DNA from: Promethearchaeota archaeon
Lineage (GTDB): Archaea > Asgardarchaeota > Lokiarchaeia > Sigyniarchaeales > SOKP01
DNA: 64,000 bases
Reading direction: 5' to 3'
Assembly: GCA_019057865.1 (NCBI GenBank)
Contig: JAHLWP010000003.1
Coordinates: 148,192 to 212,191, forward strand
The notes beneath the pieces were generated by a model. That model did not search any database, had not been told where the DNA came from, and saw only the letters and a list, made by a program, of their open reading frames with translations. Of the stretch, positions 29,907 through 40,184 are shown one piece after another. Each line of letters begins with the position of its first letter. Position 1 is the first letter of the stretch. Both the position numbers and the translations under genes were made by a program.

Positions 29907-31268
29907 TTATTTATAATTTAAATAATTATAACCAAATAATGTGTAAATTTTGATAGCATCAATATAATCTTGAATTTCGATATTCTCATTTATTGCATGC
30001 ATTTCATTAGCACTTCCAGGCCCAAAATGAATAGTTTTTTCACAATATCCACTATTACGATAAAAATGGGCATCGGTTGCTCCTGGAGCAATAAAAAAGA
30101 AAGATTCTCTATTATAAACTTTTTCTACAACTTCCTTTAATTTTTTTACCATTTCGGATTTATGATATTCTTTCCAGATTGAAGATGGTCCATCATGATA
30201 AATTTCTAAAGAGACAAAAACTTCCTTTGGAACATCTGAAGATACATCTTGTACTTCGAAACCAATATGGTCTATTAATTTTTTTAAACCTTCTAAAATC
30301 ATTCCTGCTGTTTGTCCGGGTAATAGCCTAAAGTCAATGATCGCTTCACAGTGATCGGGAATAATATTTTCTTTAATACCACCTTCAATCATATTTACAC
30401 TCTTAGTAAATACGGTTAGTGATTTCATTATGTTTCGTAATAAAGGCTGATCATTATATATACGGTTAAAGATTTCTTCATTTGGAAAAACTTTATTAAC
30501 CAGTTTCTTTAGTTCCTCTAATGAAAGTGGTGGATCAACTTTTGGAACAAATTCATCCAGTTTATCTAAATTTTCTATTATTTTACTCATCATATAGATG
30601 GCATTTTCACCCATAAAAGGTACCATGGAATGAGCTGGTTTTCCATTTGTAATTACTTTTATTAGAAGATGACCTTTTTCACCAAAAATTATTGTTTTTG
30701 GGAGTGGAGATAGTCCACTAGGTTCTCCAATTAAAACAAAATCACATTTAATTGATCTTGGTTTTAGAATATTTTCCAAACACCACCCTGTTCCTAATGT
30801 ACCACCCGTTTCTTCGTCTGCAACTGCATTTACAATTAAATTTCTTGATGTCTTAATCCCAATTTTTTTCAATATTGTTAATGATATCACCATCGCCGCT
30901 AATGCTGCTTTCATATCCACTGTCCCTCTCCCATACATATACTTTTTACGTTTGATAAACGCAGAGAGAGGAGGATATTTCCATTCCTCTTCAATTCCCG
31001 GAGGAACTACATCCATATGTGCATTATATAAAAGATTCTTTCCCTTGAAATTATCATTAAGAAAAGTGATTAAATTTGCTCTATTGTCTCCAAAGGGAAA
31101 AATTTCACAACCTATACCTGCGTCCTTTAAATATTTTTCAATTTTTAAGGCAACATTTTTTTCATTTCCAGGAGGATTATAGGATTCTGTTGCTATTAAT
31201 TCTCTTAAAAAGGTGATGTAATCTTCCCTATTTTTATCAATTTCATTTAAAATTTTTTCTTCAGTCAT
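29907..31268 (-). CDS. M20 family metallopeptidase/deacylase (ArgE/DapE)
   Basis: NAHMDVVP, GRGTVDMK, ADEE, GEP and MHAINE motifs. Confidence 0.92.
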   Translation of the reverse strand: MTEEKILNEIDKNREDYITFLRELIATESYNPPGNEKNVALKIEKYLKDAGIGCEIFPFGDNRANLITFLNDNFKGKNLLYNAHMDVVPPGIEEEWKYPPLSAFIKRKKYMYGRGTVDMKAALAAMVISLTILKKIGIKTSRNLIVNAVADEETGGTLGTGWCLENILKPRSIKCDFVLIGEPSGLSPLPKTIIFGEKGHLLIKVITNGKPAHSMVPFMGENAIYMMSKIIENLDKLDEFVPKVDPPLSLEELKKLVNKVFPNEEIFNRIYNDQPLLRNIMKSLTVFTKSVNMIEGGIKENIIPDHCEAIIDFRLLPGQTAGMILEGLKKLIDHIGFEVQDVSSDVPKEVFVSLEIYHDGPSSIWKEYHKSEMVKKLKEVVEKVYNRESFFFIAPGATDAHFYRNSGYCEKTIHFGPGSANEMHAINENIEIQDYIDAIKIYTLFGYNYLNYK

Positions 31269-31433
31269 ATAACCTTTAATAATATTGATCTCTTAATTGA
31301 GTTTTTGTTATATTGTGAAACTTTAGAATATTTTGATATAACTTAAAACAAACTAAAAAATTTAAAAAATTTAGGAAATTTTAATATTTTTAATTAATTT
31401 AATAATCAAAAACTAGATATTACAGTTGATTTA

Positions 31434-34400
31434 TTGATTCGACGTAAAAAAGAAATAAAGCGTATTTTTGTCGTAGTATTTTTCATAAGTTTAATATTTA
31501 TAACTAATATACAAATTCTAACCAATTTAAATTTAGAAGAAGAAAATAATAATTTTGAGAATAAAGAAATAGAAACCTTACCTTTAAGTAGTGATATAGA
31601 TTATACCATCATTGGTGCTGGAGATGATCAAAATGTTCGGATTTATACAAGTAATATGTCTGAAAATACCAATGATATTCAGGAGTATTTTGAAATTCCA
31701 TCACTCTCTTCGGAAGAAATGTATCTTACGTCTGGAGATTTTAATTTTACATTTCAAAATAATTATACAACAGAATATATTATAGAAGATGATAGTGCCC
31801 TTTATGCAGAAGATTTTATCTCTTATCAATTTAATCCTAGTACAATGTATTCTGAACTGCAGGAACCAATAAATAATGGAATAGTCTATGAGGGAGATTT
31901 TGATGACTTAACAGATATCAATGATAACACATATTATTGGATTGGTGCCGATAATGGGGTTATAAATTTCACAATTGACGCAGGTTATACGGAATTATCT
32001 AACTACTATAACTTGCCATTTAATAAATCAAAAATCTTAGGTTTTATCGCATCTATGAGATTAAGTGCTAATCAAGATGCTAATTTAACTATCAGATTGT
32101 ATGATGATGTTAATTCTAACTGGGTGACTGTAGTAGATGCTATTTCAATTGAAGGTGATTCAGTTATTCGAGCAATTGAAAGTCGATCTATCAATACAAA
32201 TTTAAACTTTATTGACTCCACAGACAGTGTCTATATTCAATATATTTTTGAGCGTTCTGACCTCGGATATTTCGAAATTAGAGCGCGTAAATTTGATATG
32301 CGAGCGATCTATCCCCTTGATTTACCAATTACAGACCAGGAATATGTTGCATTAGAATTCGATTTGAAAGGAGAAAAGTCAACTGTCAACGGATTTTATG
32401 CCTGGATTCGCACACTCGATGTTCAAGAAGCAATTAATGCGGAATTAAACATAACACTTTATAAAGCAAATGCAACATTGATTCGAGATTTTGATGTAGA
32501 TCCTTGGGGGGATAATCTACGAACGGTAAATATACAACCAAATATGAATTTTACCTCATTAATCGATTCCTTTGTAATTAGTTATAGTGGGGACAACCTA
32601 TCTTATTTCCCATTTAATACGGATAATACTAAGGATTTGGAATTATACAATTATTTCATAGTTATTAAATGTAACATTTCTAATCCGATTTATAGTTTAG
32701 TGACCCTACCTTGGACTAATTTCGGAGATAATAGAACTGAACATCAACTAAAAACTACTGAAAATAATGGTTTTACATGGAATAATGCTGTAAAAGAAAT
32801 AATACCAGGGTTTTTTACTTCTCCATTAGATGCAAGTTCTTTTAAACTAAATGTTTCTAGAGGATATATGCCATCCGATTTTGGAGATGATGGTTTAAAA
32901 ATCCAAGATTATTCTATTGAAAATGTAGTAAATAAATCTAAAACACCTTATTTAGAATGGGGTATAGGCCGATGGAACCATACATTTTCAACGCCTATTG
33001 ATGATAATGTCGATCGATTCCAAGTTGATCTCTCATGGAATAAATCTATTATTGAGGGTTTCAAATTTAATGTTTCCTATTCTGTAAATGCATATTGGGT
33101 TGAAGGTGCTACATCCACTTATTATGCAAGTTATAGTGAATCTCCAAAATGGACTTTTAATTTTAGTTTTATTAAAGCTAGTCCAAATTTTAATAATTGG
33201 AATTTTCAAGAGTTTTGGTTCGTTTATAATGATTATTTCACTGCGAATAACTTAACAAAACCAGGTGATATAGAAATATTACCTGAAGTAGGAGGAGAAT
33301 TTGAGTTAACTGAAATGCAAAATAAGATAGTGGTAAACGCAACTGTTGCTAATATTGGAGGGATTTATTCCTTGAATTTAACAAGTTTCAATTTTATTTC
33401 CGAAATGCATAGTTATATTAACTATAAAGAAATTTTTTGGGAATCAAATGGTTTTATGTATGGAGATGATATAATTGTAAGTGTTGATATACAAGATAAT
33501 CATCAAAATGCCCCAAATCCCACAACTGGATATGCAAATGTAACTTTCTATGATCCAAATGGAGTCCTAATTGCTCAAAAAGAATCATCGAATGGTGTAA
33601 TTCATGATTCTGTACTTTCATATGATTTTAACAATGATACTATCTTTTCTGTAAATACGAGTATTTCTGAGTTTGGAGAATATCATTTAGGATATTTTTG
33701 GGAAAATGGTTCTGCTGTTGGCTGCAATAAAATTACTATTTACATCGATTATTATGACCTTGAATTAGAAGGTTGTAATTATTCATCATATAGGGAACAA
33801 AATATTCTTAGTGGAAAGATAAATAATAAAGTATTTGATAACTATACTTTGTTAATTGCATCTATAAATGAAACAACAGGTATTTCACAACCTGGTTTTT
33901 ATCCTATTAATAATTCTGATTTAGATGAGCAAATTATTTATGAGATTGGAGGTAATCAATTACCTATTTTAATTGAAACTTTCATGCAAAGTCAAGATAT
34001 ATTAAACCCCGAAGAAGTGGTTAATATTAAAACAAAAATTTCTAATATGCATGAATTTATCCCTATTGATATATCTGTAAATGTCAGATTTGTATCTTAT
34101 ATTAATGAAGAATGGATTATCGCGAATGCAACTTCAAGTACAGTTAGCCTAAATTTTTCAGGGCATCCAGATGATTCGTATGAATTTGATATTGATTTGA
34201 CAATACCATCATTGAATAAAACTACAAAAGTGTGGGAAGGTGTAAATGCCCCAGTTAGATTGGGGGGCGTTAAAACATTGGTAACTATCTTTGTTGGAAA
34301 TGATATTGCAGGAATATTTGAAAGTAGCTATTATTCACTACTTAGTAATGAAACAAGCAATAATTTTGATGGAAATATAATAGCTTTAAGAATTGCTGAA

Positions 34401-35546
34401 GAAACTCCAAGCTGGTACATTTTAAATGGTTTTGAGAGAGATGAATGCTTATATTTACCAAATAAAACATCCTTTTTAATTAATATAATAGATAAAAATT
34501 ATGTAAGCTCATATAATCAATTTTATTATCAATTTTCCCTAATTCTTAACAGTAAATTTAACAATATTATTATAGATCCTGAAAATCCCATTAATGGACA
34601 AGTTTTTAATCTTAGCTCTGTTTTAACTACAGAGTTTGGAGATATATTGTTAAATGAAAGTGTTTCTTGTCATCATTATGAATCTAATTCATGGGTTTAT
34701 ATTGACTCAGATTTTACAGATATTAATGGTTCTACAACATTTTCAATTGATACTAAGACCCTCAATTTCGAAGATTATATATTACTAAGATTAAGTTGGG
34801 ACGGTGATTCATTAATAAATGGGGTATCTAAAAATGTAACAATAAATTTATTTATACAATCCAATAATCTTTCAATATCAATTCAACAAAATGAGGTTCT
34901 TATCTATAAGAATAGAGCTATTACAATATCTATTACTTTGAATAACATCGGAGAATCTATTTTGCAAATTTTGGAGAAAAATATCGATATTCAGGTCAAT
35001 GATGGGCTGCAATATTCAATCGTAGAAATAGATTATACAACACTAAATCGGTTTACACCTGGAGAATCTTCTCTTGTAATGATTAAGATAGGAATACCTG
35101 AAATTAAAAAACTAAATATTTCAATTTCCATTACTGCTCAAAATATCATAACAAATGAAAATATTACAGTTAGCAAACAAACGACTTTTGATGTATTTGA
35201 TCCTCCCTTCTATGATTACTTTATTGAATATCTAATTTTTCTAATAATAGGTTCATTTGGATTGATTTGGATCATAACTTTACTTTATGCGAAGAGAATT
35301 AAAAAGAAAATTGAAACACCAGTTGAAGAAGTAGCCAAAAAGAGACCAAGAAAAGCAAAATATGTATTAGTGTCTGATTTGAAAAAAGAACCAACAAAAA
35401 AACCTAAAAAACTTACTCCCATACCTAAAAAAATTCCAGAAGAAATAGAAGAACCAAAGGAAGTTAAAAAGAAAAAAGTTACTGATTTAGATTCTTTATT
35501 AGAAGAAAAAGGGCTAAGTGACAAAAAGAAAAAAGCTAAAAAATAA
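31434..35546 (+). CDS. Large membrane-anchored cell-surface (glyco)protein
   Basis: N-terminal basic plus hydrophobic signal, beta-rich ectodomain with many N-x-S/T sequons, C-terminal TM, and a Lys/Pro-rich tail of about 85 aa. Confidence 0.8.
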   Translation: MIRRKKEIKRIFVVVFFISLIFITNIQILTNLNLEEENNNFENKEIETLPLSSDIDYTIIGAGDDQNVRIYTSNMSENTNDIQEYFEIPSLSSEEMYLTSGDFNFTFQNNYTTEYIIEDDSALYAEDFISYQFNPSTMYSELQEPINNGIVYEGDFDDLTDINDNTYYWIGADNGVINFTIDAGYTELSNYYNLPFNKSKILGFIASMRLSANQDANLTIRLYDDVNSNWVTVVDAISIEGDSVIRAIESRSINTNLNFIDSTDSVYIQYIFERSDLGYFEIRARKFDMRAIYPLDLPITDQEYVALEFDLKGEKSTVNGFYAWIRTLDVQEAINAELNITLYKANATLIRDFDVDPWGDNLRTVNIQPNMNFTSLIDSFVISYSGDNLSYFPFNTDNTKDLELYNYFIVIKCNISNPIYSLVTLPWTNFGDNRTEHQLKTTENNGFTWNNAVKEIIPGFFTSPLDASSFKLNVSRGYMPSDFGDDGLKIQDYSIENVVNKSKTPYLEWGIGRWNHTFSTPIDDNVDRFQVDLSWNKSIIEGFKFNVSYSVNAYWVEGATSTYYASYSESPKWTFNFSFIKASPNFNNWNFQEFWFVYNDYFTANNLTKPGDIEILPEVGGEFELTEMQNKIVVNATVANIGGIYSLNLTSFNFISEMHSYINYKEIFWESNGFMYGDDIIVSVDIQDNHQNAPNPTTGYANVTFYDPNGVLIAQKESSNGVIHDSVLSYDFNNDTIFSVNTSISEFGEYHLGYFWENGSAVGCNKITIYIDYYDLELEGCNYSSYREQNILSGKINNKVFDNYTLLIASINETTGISQPGFYPINNSDLDEQIIYEIGGNQLPILIETFMQSQDILNPEEVVNIKTKISNMHEFIPIDISVNVRFVSYINEEWIIANATSSTVSLNFSGHPDDSYEFDIDLTIPSLNKTTKVWEGVNAPVRLGGVKTLVTIFVGNDIAGIFESSYYSLLSNETSNNFDGNIIALRIAEETPSWYILNGFERDECLYLPNKTSFLINIIDKNYVSSYNQFYYQFSLILNSKFNNIIIDPENPINGQVFNLSSVLTTEFGDILLNESVSCHHYESNSWVYIDSDFTDINGSTTFSIDTKTLNFEDYILLRLSWDGDSLINGVSKNVTINLFIQSNNLSISIQQNEVLIYKNRAITISITLNNIGESILQILEKNIDIQVNDGLQYSIVEIDYTTLNRFTPGESSLVMIKIGIPEIKKLNISISITAQNIITNENITVSKQTTFDVFDPPFYDYFIEYLIFLIIGSFGLIWIITLLYAKRIKKKIETPVEEVAKKRPRKAKYVLVSDLKKEPTKKPKKLTPIPKKIPEEIEEPKEVKKKKVTDLDSLLEEKGLSDKKKKAKK

Positions 35547-35591
35547 TTTTTTTCTGACCTAAATTACTATTTTTTAATAAGAAAAATAAAA

Positions 35592-35960
35592 TTATAATTT
35601 AGAAATTGAAATCAAATTACGTTTAAGTAGGCCTAATGAGGCTTTACCATCAAGGCCAGCTAGAGCAATTAATGCATTTTTATCTGAACCACCCACTAAA
35701 ACAGCAAAGCCATTCTCAAACTCGATAGTTGTAGTTTTTAAACCCCCTTTTCCAATGTCGCTTCCTAAATTATTAGAATCCTTGATAATTGCGGCACACG
35801 CCTTTGCAATTTTCCCATGGTCCATTTCAGTTATGGTCTGACCAACTATTACTTTCCCTTGTGAATCAGCAGCAATCAAACCTTCACACTCAGGAACTAT
35901 ATCCATTAATTCTGCTAATTTTTTTTCAAGTTCTTTTTTATTCATAAAAATACTGCTCAT
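35592..35960 (-). CDS. Roadblock/LC7 (MglB/LAMTOR-like) protein
   Basis: EGLIAADSQGKVI...IAKACAAI...GGLKTTTIEFENG...ASLGLL. Confidence 0.85.
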   Translation of the reverse strand: MSSIFMNKKELEKKLAELMDIVPECEGLIAADSQGKVIVGQTITEMDHGKIAKACAAIIKDSNNLGSDIGKGGLKTTTIEFENGFAVLVGGSDKNALIALAGLDGKASLGLLKRNLISISKL

Positions 35961-36106
35961 ATAAAATAATTTTTATCGTCTTTAATTCTGAAATAAGTTA
36001 CTTTGATTGGTTAAGATATTATCTTAAATATATATATAATTTAAAGAAATTTAAACTTATCAAATATATAAAAAAGGAAAATTGAAAAATTTACACTTTA
36101 TAAAAT

Positions 36107-36403
36107 TTATTTTAAAATAATTAAAATTAGGTTCTCCTCTAACGCCACCATAGTTTCTTGTGATTTCCCACCTGTAGCCGTCTCTAATCGTATGAATTTC
36201 AATGTCCCCTCTTTTAATGCTTCAACAACTTGCTTTCCTTTCCCAATGAGTGATGTAACATAAGCAGCTACTTCTTCACTTATTTCTATATCCATATTCG
36301 AATCTATCGGCAAGCCCGATGAATCACATATAATTACTCCCCTAACACCTTCGCGTTCCTCGAAGCGTCGGATGATTGACTTCACTTCAGCACGATTTAT
36401 AAT
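36107..36403 (-). CDS. Roadblock/LC7 protein (start probably ATT/ATA at 36403/36400 rather than GTG 36385)
   Basis: GVRGVIICDSSGLPIDS...VAAYVTSL...LKFIRLET; AGGTG RBS 8 nt before the in-frame ATT. Confidence 0.85.
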   Translation of the reverse strand: MINRAEVKSIIRRFEEREGVRGVIICDSSGLPIDSNMDIEISEEVAAYVTSLIGKGKQVVEALKEGTLKFIRLETATGGKSQETMVALEENLILIILK

Positions 36404-36522
36404 CTCAACTACACCTTCAAGATATATTCTAATTTTTAATATTATAATAGATTTAATATTTTTAAAAATTTATATTAAAGATATTCTTTTTTGAATAAGA
36501 CTTAATATTTTTATAAATTAAA

Positions 36523-36966
36523 ATGGAAAAAATTGAAGCTTTATATATAATAAATGGGGAAAGTCAACTTATCTTTTCTTATGAAAGCCTTAATGAACGA
36601 TCTGATGACTTTGATTATTCAAATATCTCTCGATTTTTTTCTGTAATCAAAACTTTTGCTTTAAAGATTGGGAAAAAAGAGGCTAAAATAATTGAACTTG
36701 GAAATAGTAAGATATTCAAAACTTTGGATGATGAATATAAGATTGAAGTTATTTTAAAATGTGATAAAAACATAAAAGAAAAAAAGGCTTCAATCAATTT
36801 AAAAAAAATTCTAAATTTATTTATTAACTTATTTATTGGGTATTTTAATTCATCTTTGCGAACAAAAAAAGAAAGAATGGAATTTTTCATAAAAGAAATA
36901 TCTTTTATATTTGGAGGAAGCGGAAAGGTGAATTACTTTTTAGAAAATATTAAAATTTTTACTTGA
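36523..36966 (+). CDS. Longin-domain protein
   Basis: IEALYIINGESQLIFSY...ISRFFSVIKTFA...IELGNSKIF...LKKILNLFINLF. Confidence 0.7.
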   Translation: MEKIEALYIINGESQLIFSYESLNERSDDFDYSNISRFFSVIKTFALKIGKKEAKIIELGNSKIFKTLDDEYKIEVILKCDKNIKEKKASINLKKILNLFINLFIGYFNSSLRTKKERMEFFIKEISFIFGGSGKVNYFLENIKIFT

Positions 36967-36979
36967 ATAGAACTTTAGC

Positions 36980-37612
36980 TTATAAAAAGAATTGTTTAAA
37001 AGAATTACTTGCTCGTTCTTCTCCTATTGTAGATAACCCCATATGACCTGGACACATAAGAAAATTATCTGTAAGTTCTGGATTATACATAATTTTGTGT
37101 TTAATTGATTCAAATAAAAGATTTTGATTTCCGCCACGAAGATCTGACCTCCCTACACTCCTTCTGAAAATTAAATCTCCTGAAAATAGTATTCCATCAA
37201 TTTCTTGACCATTAAATTCTTTAACATCTTTTGAATAGAAACATAATCCACCAGGTGAATGTCCCGGGGTCTCTAATATATTGATTAAAATGTCCCCTAC
37301 TTTTAGAGTATCTCCTTGCTTTAACCACTTATTTGCTTGTCTTTGAGTATATATCCCCGATTCATATTCTTTCTTATTGTACATTAGTGGAATTTTATGA
37401 TATCTTAAAACTTTACCTATTTTCATTGAATGATCGAAGTGTCCGTGTGTTAATAAGACAGCTATAGGTTTTGCATTCAAATTCTCTATTGTATTAATTA
37501 TTGTGGTTGTATCATCAGCTGGATCAATAATTACTATTTCTCTTGTAATTTCTGAACCAAAAATATAGCAGTTTGTTTCAAGCGGACCAACAACAAGCCT
37601 TTTAAATATCAA
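36980..37612 (-). CDS. MBL-fold metallo-hydrolase (glyoxalase II-like)
   Basis: THGHFDH, TPGHSPG, FSGD and PGH motifs. Confidence 0.92.
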   Translation of the reverse strand: MIFKRLVVGPLETNCYIFGSEITREIVIIDPADDTTTIINTIENLNAKPIAVLLTHGHFDHSMKIGKVLRYHKIPLMYNKKEYESGIYTQRQANKWLKQGDTLKVGDILINILETPGHSPGGLCFYSKDVKEFNGQEIDGILFSGDLIFRRSVGRSDLRGGNQNLLFESIKHKIMYNPELTDNFLMCPGHMGLSTIGEERASNSFKQFFL

Positions 37613-37716
37613 TATCTTTATATCCTTTAACCTGAGAATTTATTTTTTGAATTGAAAAGAAAAAATGAAAAAGTTTTTAATTTAATTATTGATAATTACC
37701 AGTTTTAAGATTTTCA

Positions 37717-38004
37717 CTAGTTGCTTTTAATCAAATCACTGATTTCATGTAATTTCTTATAAACCTCTAAGCCTTTCTTTGTAAGTTTTATGTATTTTAC
37801 TTTATTATTCTGTTCAATTTCAATAAGACCTTTTTTGATTAGGTCTTCTTTCACTCTAAAGAATGAATTATAGTACGAGAATTTGTTCAGCTCATTATAA
37901 AATGTGTGCTTATCTACTTTATGGTCTTTAGATTGCATTAGGACTTGGAAAGTGTCCCTGAAACCTTTCTTTTTAAGGAAAAAAATCAAATCTTGAAAAG
38001 TCAA
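37717..38004 (-). CDS. Small winged-helix DNA-binding protein
   Basis: LIKKGLIEI...YIKLTKKG wing motif. Confidence 0.7.
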   Translation of the reverse strand: MTFQDLIFFLKKKGFRDTFQVLMQSKDHKVDKHTFYNELNKFSYYNSFFRVKEDLIKKGLIEIEQNNKVKYIKLTKKGLEVYKKLHEISDLIKSN

Positions 38005-38270
38005 TTCTTCTATACCTAATTAAATAATTAAATTTATACTAAATTGTAATTAGAAAAAATTATGAATATTAAAAAAGCTTTTGATTATTTTTAAAAAATA
38101 TTATCAGTATTGATCAAAAGAATTTATTAATTTAAATACAAAGATTGTATCTTAGTCGAAATTTATTGAAATGATTTTAAAAATACCTTTCACTGAATTT
38201 ATTTAAATGACTAAAAATATCACTAATTTTATAAAAATTATAATTTTATTTAAAAGGTTTATTAGAATTT

Positions 38271-39035
38271 ATGAGAATTGGAGGAATTATTGATATAAGT
38301 ACTAAGGACATTCCTAATAGATCTTCAATGGTAATTTTTACAGTTGGTTGTAATTTGAGTTGTAGTTTTTGTCATAATAAATACCTATTACAACCAAATG
38401 TAGGAAAAGATATGGTAATTAATGAAGTGCTTAAACAAGTTAGGAGTAATCTATTAATTAGTGGGGTTAGTATTAGTGGAGGAGAACCCACACTTCAACA
38501 AGATTTGATAGATTTATGTAGAGAAATTAGAAAAATTGGTAAGTATTTAAGTTTAGATACAAACGGGACTACACCTCATATTATTAAAAAATTACTCCCA
38601 TATATTAATAGAATTGCTTTAGATTTAAAAGGACCATTAAAAAAAGAACGATATAAAGAAATTACTGGTGGAAATATCGATCCCAACCTAATAATTGAAA
38701 CATTTAATCTTGTAAATAAACAAAAAGATATTGATCTTGAAATTAGAACAACATATGTGGAAAACTTAATTGTGCCAGATGATATTCATGAAATAATTGC
38801 TTTTCTTAAAAAAAATGAATTTAATGGAATCTTTGTACTTCAACAGTATCAATATTCTGATGGTGTAGGTGAAGGTTTAAAAAATAATTTTCAAAAACCT
38901 GAACATTTATTTTTACTCAATATTCTTAATCCATATAAAGATGTAAAACTACCATTTAAAATATTCCTAAGAGATGAAATTGTAGGATATTCTAATATAA
39001 ATAAATTATTTGAACTAACTCTTGATGAATTATAA
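38271..39035 (+). CDS. Radical SAM glycyl-radical activating enzyme (anaerobic RNR activase-like)
   Basis: GCNLSCSFCHN, SGGEPTLQ, LDTNG and EIRTT motifs. Confidence 0.88.
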   Translation: MRIGGIIDISTKDIPNRSSMVIFTVGCNLSCSFCHNKYLLQPNVGKDMVINEVLKQVRSNLLISGVSISGGEPTLQQDLIDLCREIRKIGKYLSLDTNGTTPHIIKKLLPYINRIALDLKGPLKKERYKEITGGNIDPNLIIETFNLVNKQKDIDLEIRTTYVENLIVPDDIHEIIAFLKKNEFNGIFVLQQYQYSDGVGEGLKNNFQKPEHLFLLNILNPYKDVKLPFKIFLRDEIVGYSNINKLFELTLDEL

Positions 39036-40184
39036 ATGAATGAAAAAGAAATTTTAGACGTAATACAATCCTGTATTGATTGTAAATCATGCAAGGATTC
39101 ATGTGATACTTATTCTGTCACTCAAGAAGAATTAAAATCCCCAAATGGACGAATAAAAATCTCTGAAAAAGTCTTTAAAAATGAAGATATTTCTAAAGAA
39201 GAACGAATTGGATTATACACGTGTACTTTATGTGGAATGTGTGATCGAGTTTGTCAGCAAAATATCCCTATCGCAGATATTATTCATTCAGCTAAAATGA
39301 AATTAGTAGAACAAGGTAAAGCACCTTTAGATATTCATAATAAAATTATTAAGGGAATTATTGAAAAAGATAATAGTGTTAATGGAGATCCTGAAAAGCG
39401 GTTAGATTGGATTCCAGATATATATCGTGATGCTGAGCTCTTTGAAAAAAAAAAATCTGATACATTATTATTCTTAGGATGTATGTCTTCTTTTCGAGTA
39501 AAAGAAAGTGCTAGTGCTTCATATGTACTTCTGAAAGAAGGAAATTATGATTTCAAAATTTTAGAAAAAGAACCTTGTTGTGGTGAGTATATCTATTCTG
39601 CTGGAAATCTTCATTTAGCTAAAAAATTATTCAAAGAAAATGTTGAGCTTTTTAAACAGATTGGAATAAAAAATATAATTGTTACCTGTGGCGGATGCTT
39701 ATATGCGTTTGATAAAGTATATCGAAAATATTTCAAAGATTTTAATATTGAAGTAAAACACATAATTGAGGTTATCTATGAATTAGAGAAAAATGGGAAA
39801 ATAATATTAAATTCTATTAATAAATCAATAACTTACCATGATCCTTGTAGGCTTGGTAGAAAATATTTAAATGGTCCCCTTTATAATGAGCCTAGAGAAT
39901 TGTTAAAGAAATGTGGAATAAAAGTTAAAGAATTGATCGAGGAACATGACCATTGTCCGTGTTGCGGATCGGGTTCCGGAATTAGAGGTGTTGATAGCAG
40001 TATTTGCATAAAAATCGGCAACCAATTGTTTAACAATATAGAAACTAAGGAGATAGCATCCTCTTGTCCTTTATGTGTTTTTAATTTTAGATATGTAAAT
40101 TATAAGACTGAAGCAGGTAAAGAATGTAAATATATTACAGATTTTTTACTTGAAGCTCTAAAAAAAAATAATAATTCGAATTAA
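39036..40184 (+). CDS. Fe-S oxidoreductase, HdrD/GlpC-like (2x4Fe-4S plus two CCG domains)
   Basis: CIDCKSC, CTLCGMC, PCCG, YHDPC and CCGSG motifs. Confidence 0.9.
   Translation: MNEKEILDVIQSCIDCKSCKDSCDTYSVTQEELKSPNGRIKISEKVFKNEDISKEERIGLYTCTLCGMCDRVCQQNIPIADIIHSAKMKLVEQGKAPLDIHNKIIKGIIEKDNSVNGDPEKRLDWIPDIYRDAELFEKKKSDTLLFLGCMSSFRVKESASASYVLLKEGNYDFKILEKEPCCGEYIYSAGNLHLAKKLFKENVELFKQIGIKNIIVTCGGCLYAFDKVYRKYFKDFNIEVKHIIEVIYELEKNGKIILNSINKSITYHDPCRLGRKYLNGPLYNEPRELLKKCGIKVKELIEEHDHCPCCGSGSGIRGVDSSICIKIGNQLFNNIETKEIASSCPLCVFNFRYVNYKTEAGKECKYITDFLLEALKKNNNSN

Noticed and set aside
35520-35546. C-terminal di-lysine (COPI-type) retrieval signal
   Set aside because: The tail ends KKAKK with Ala at -3, which does not fit KKxx or KxKxx, and it is generally Lys-rich.
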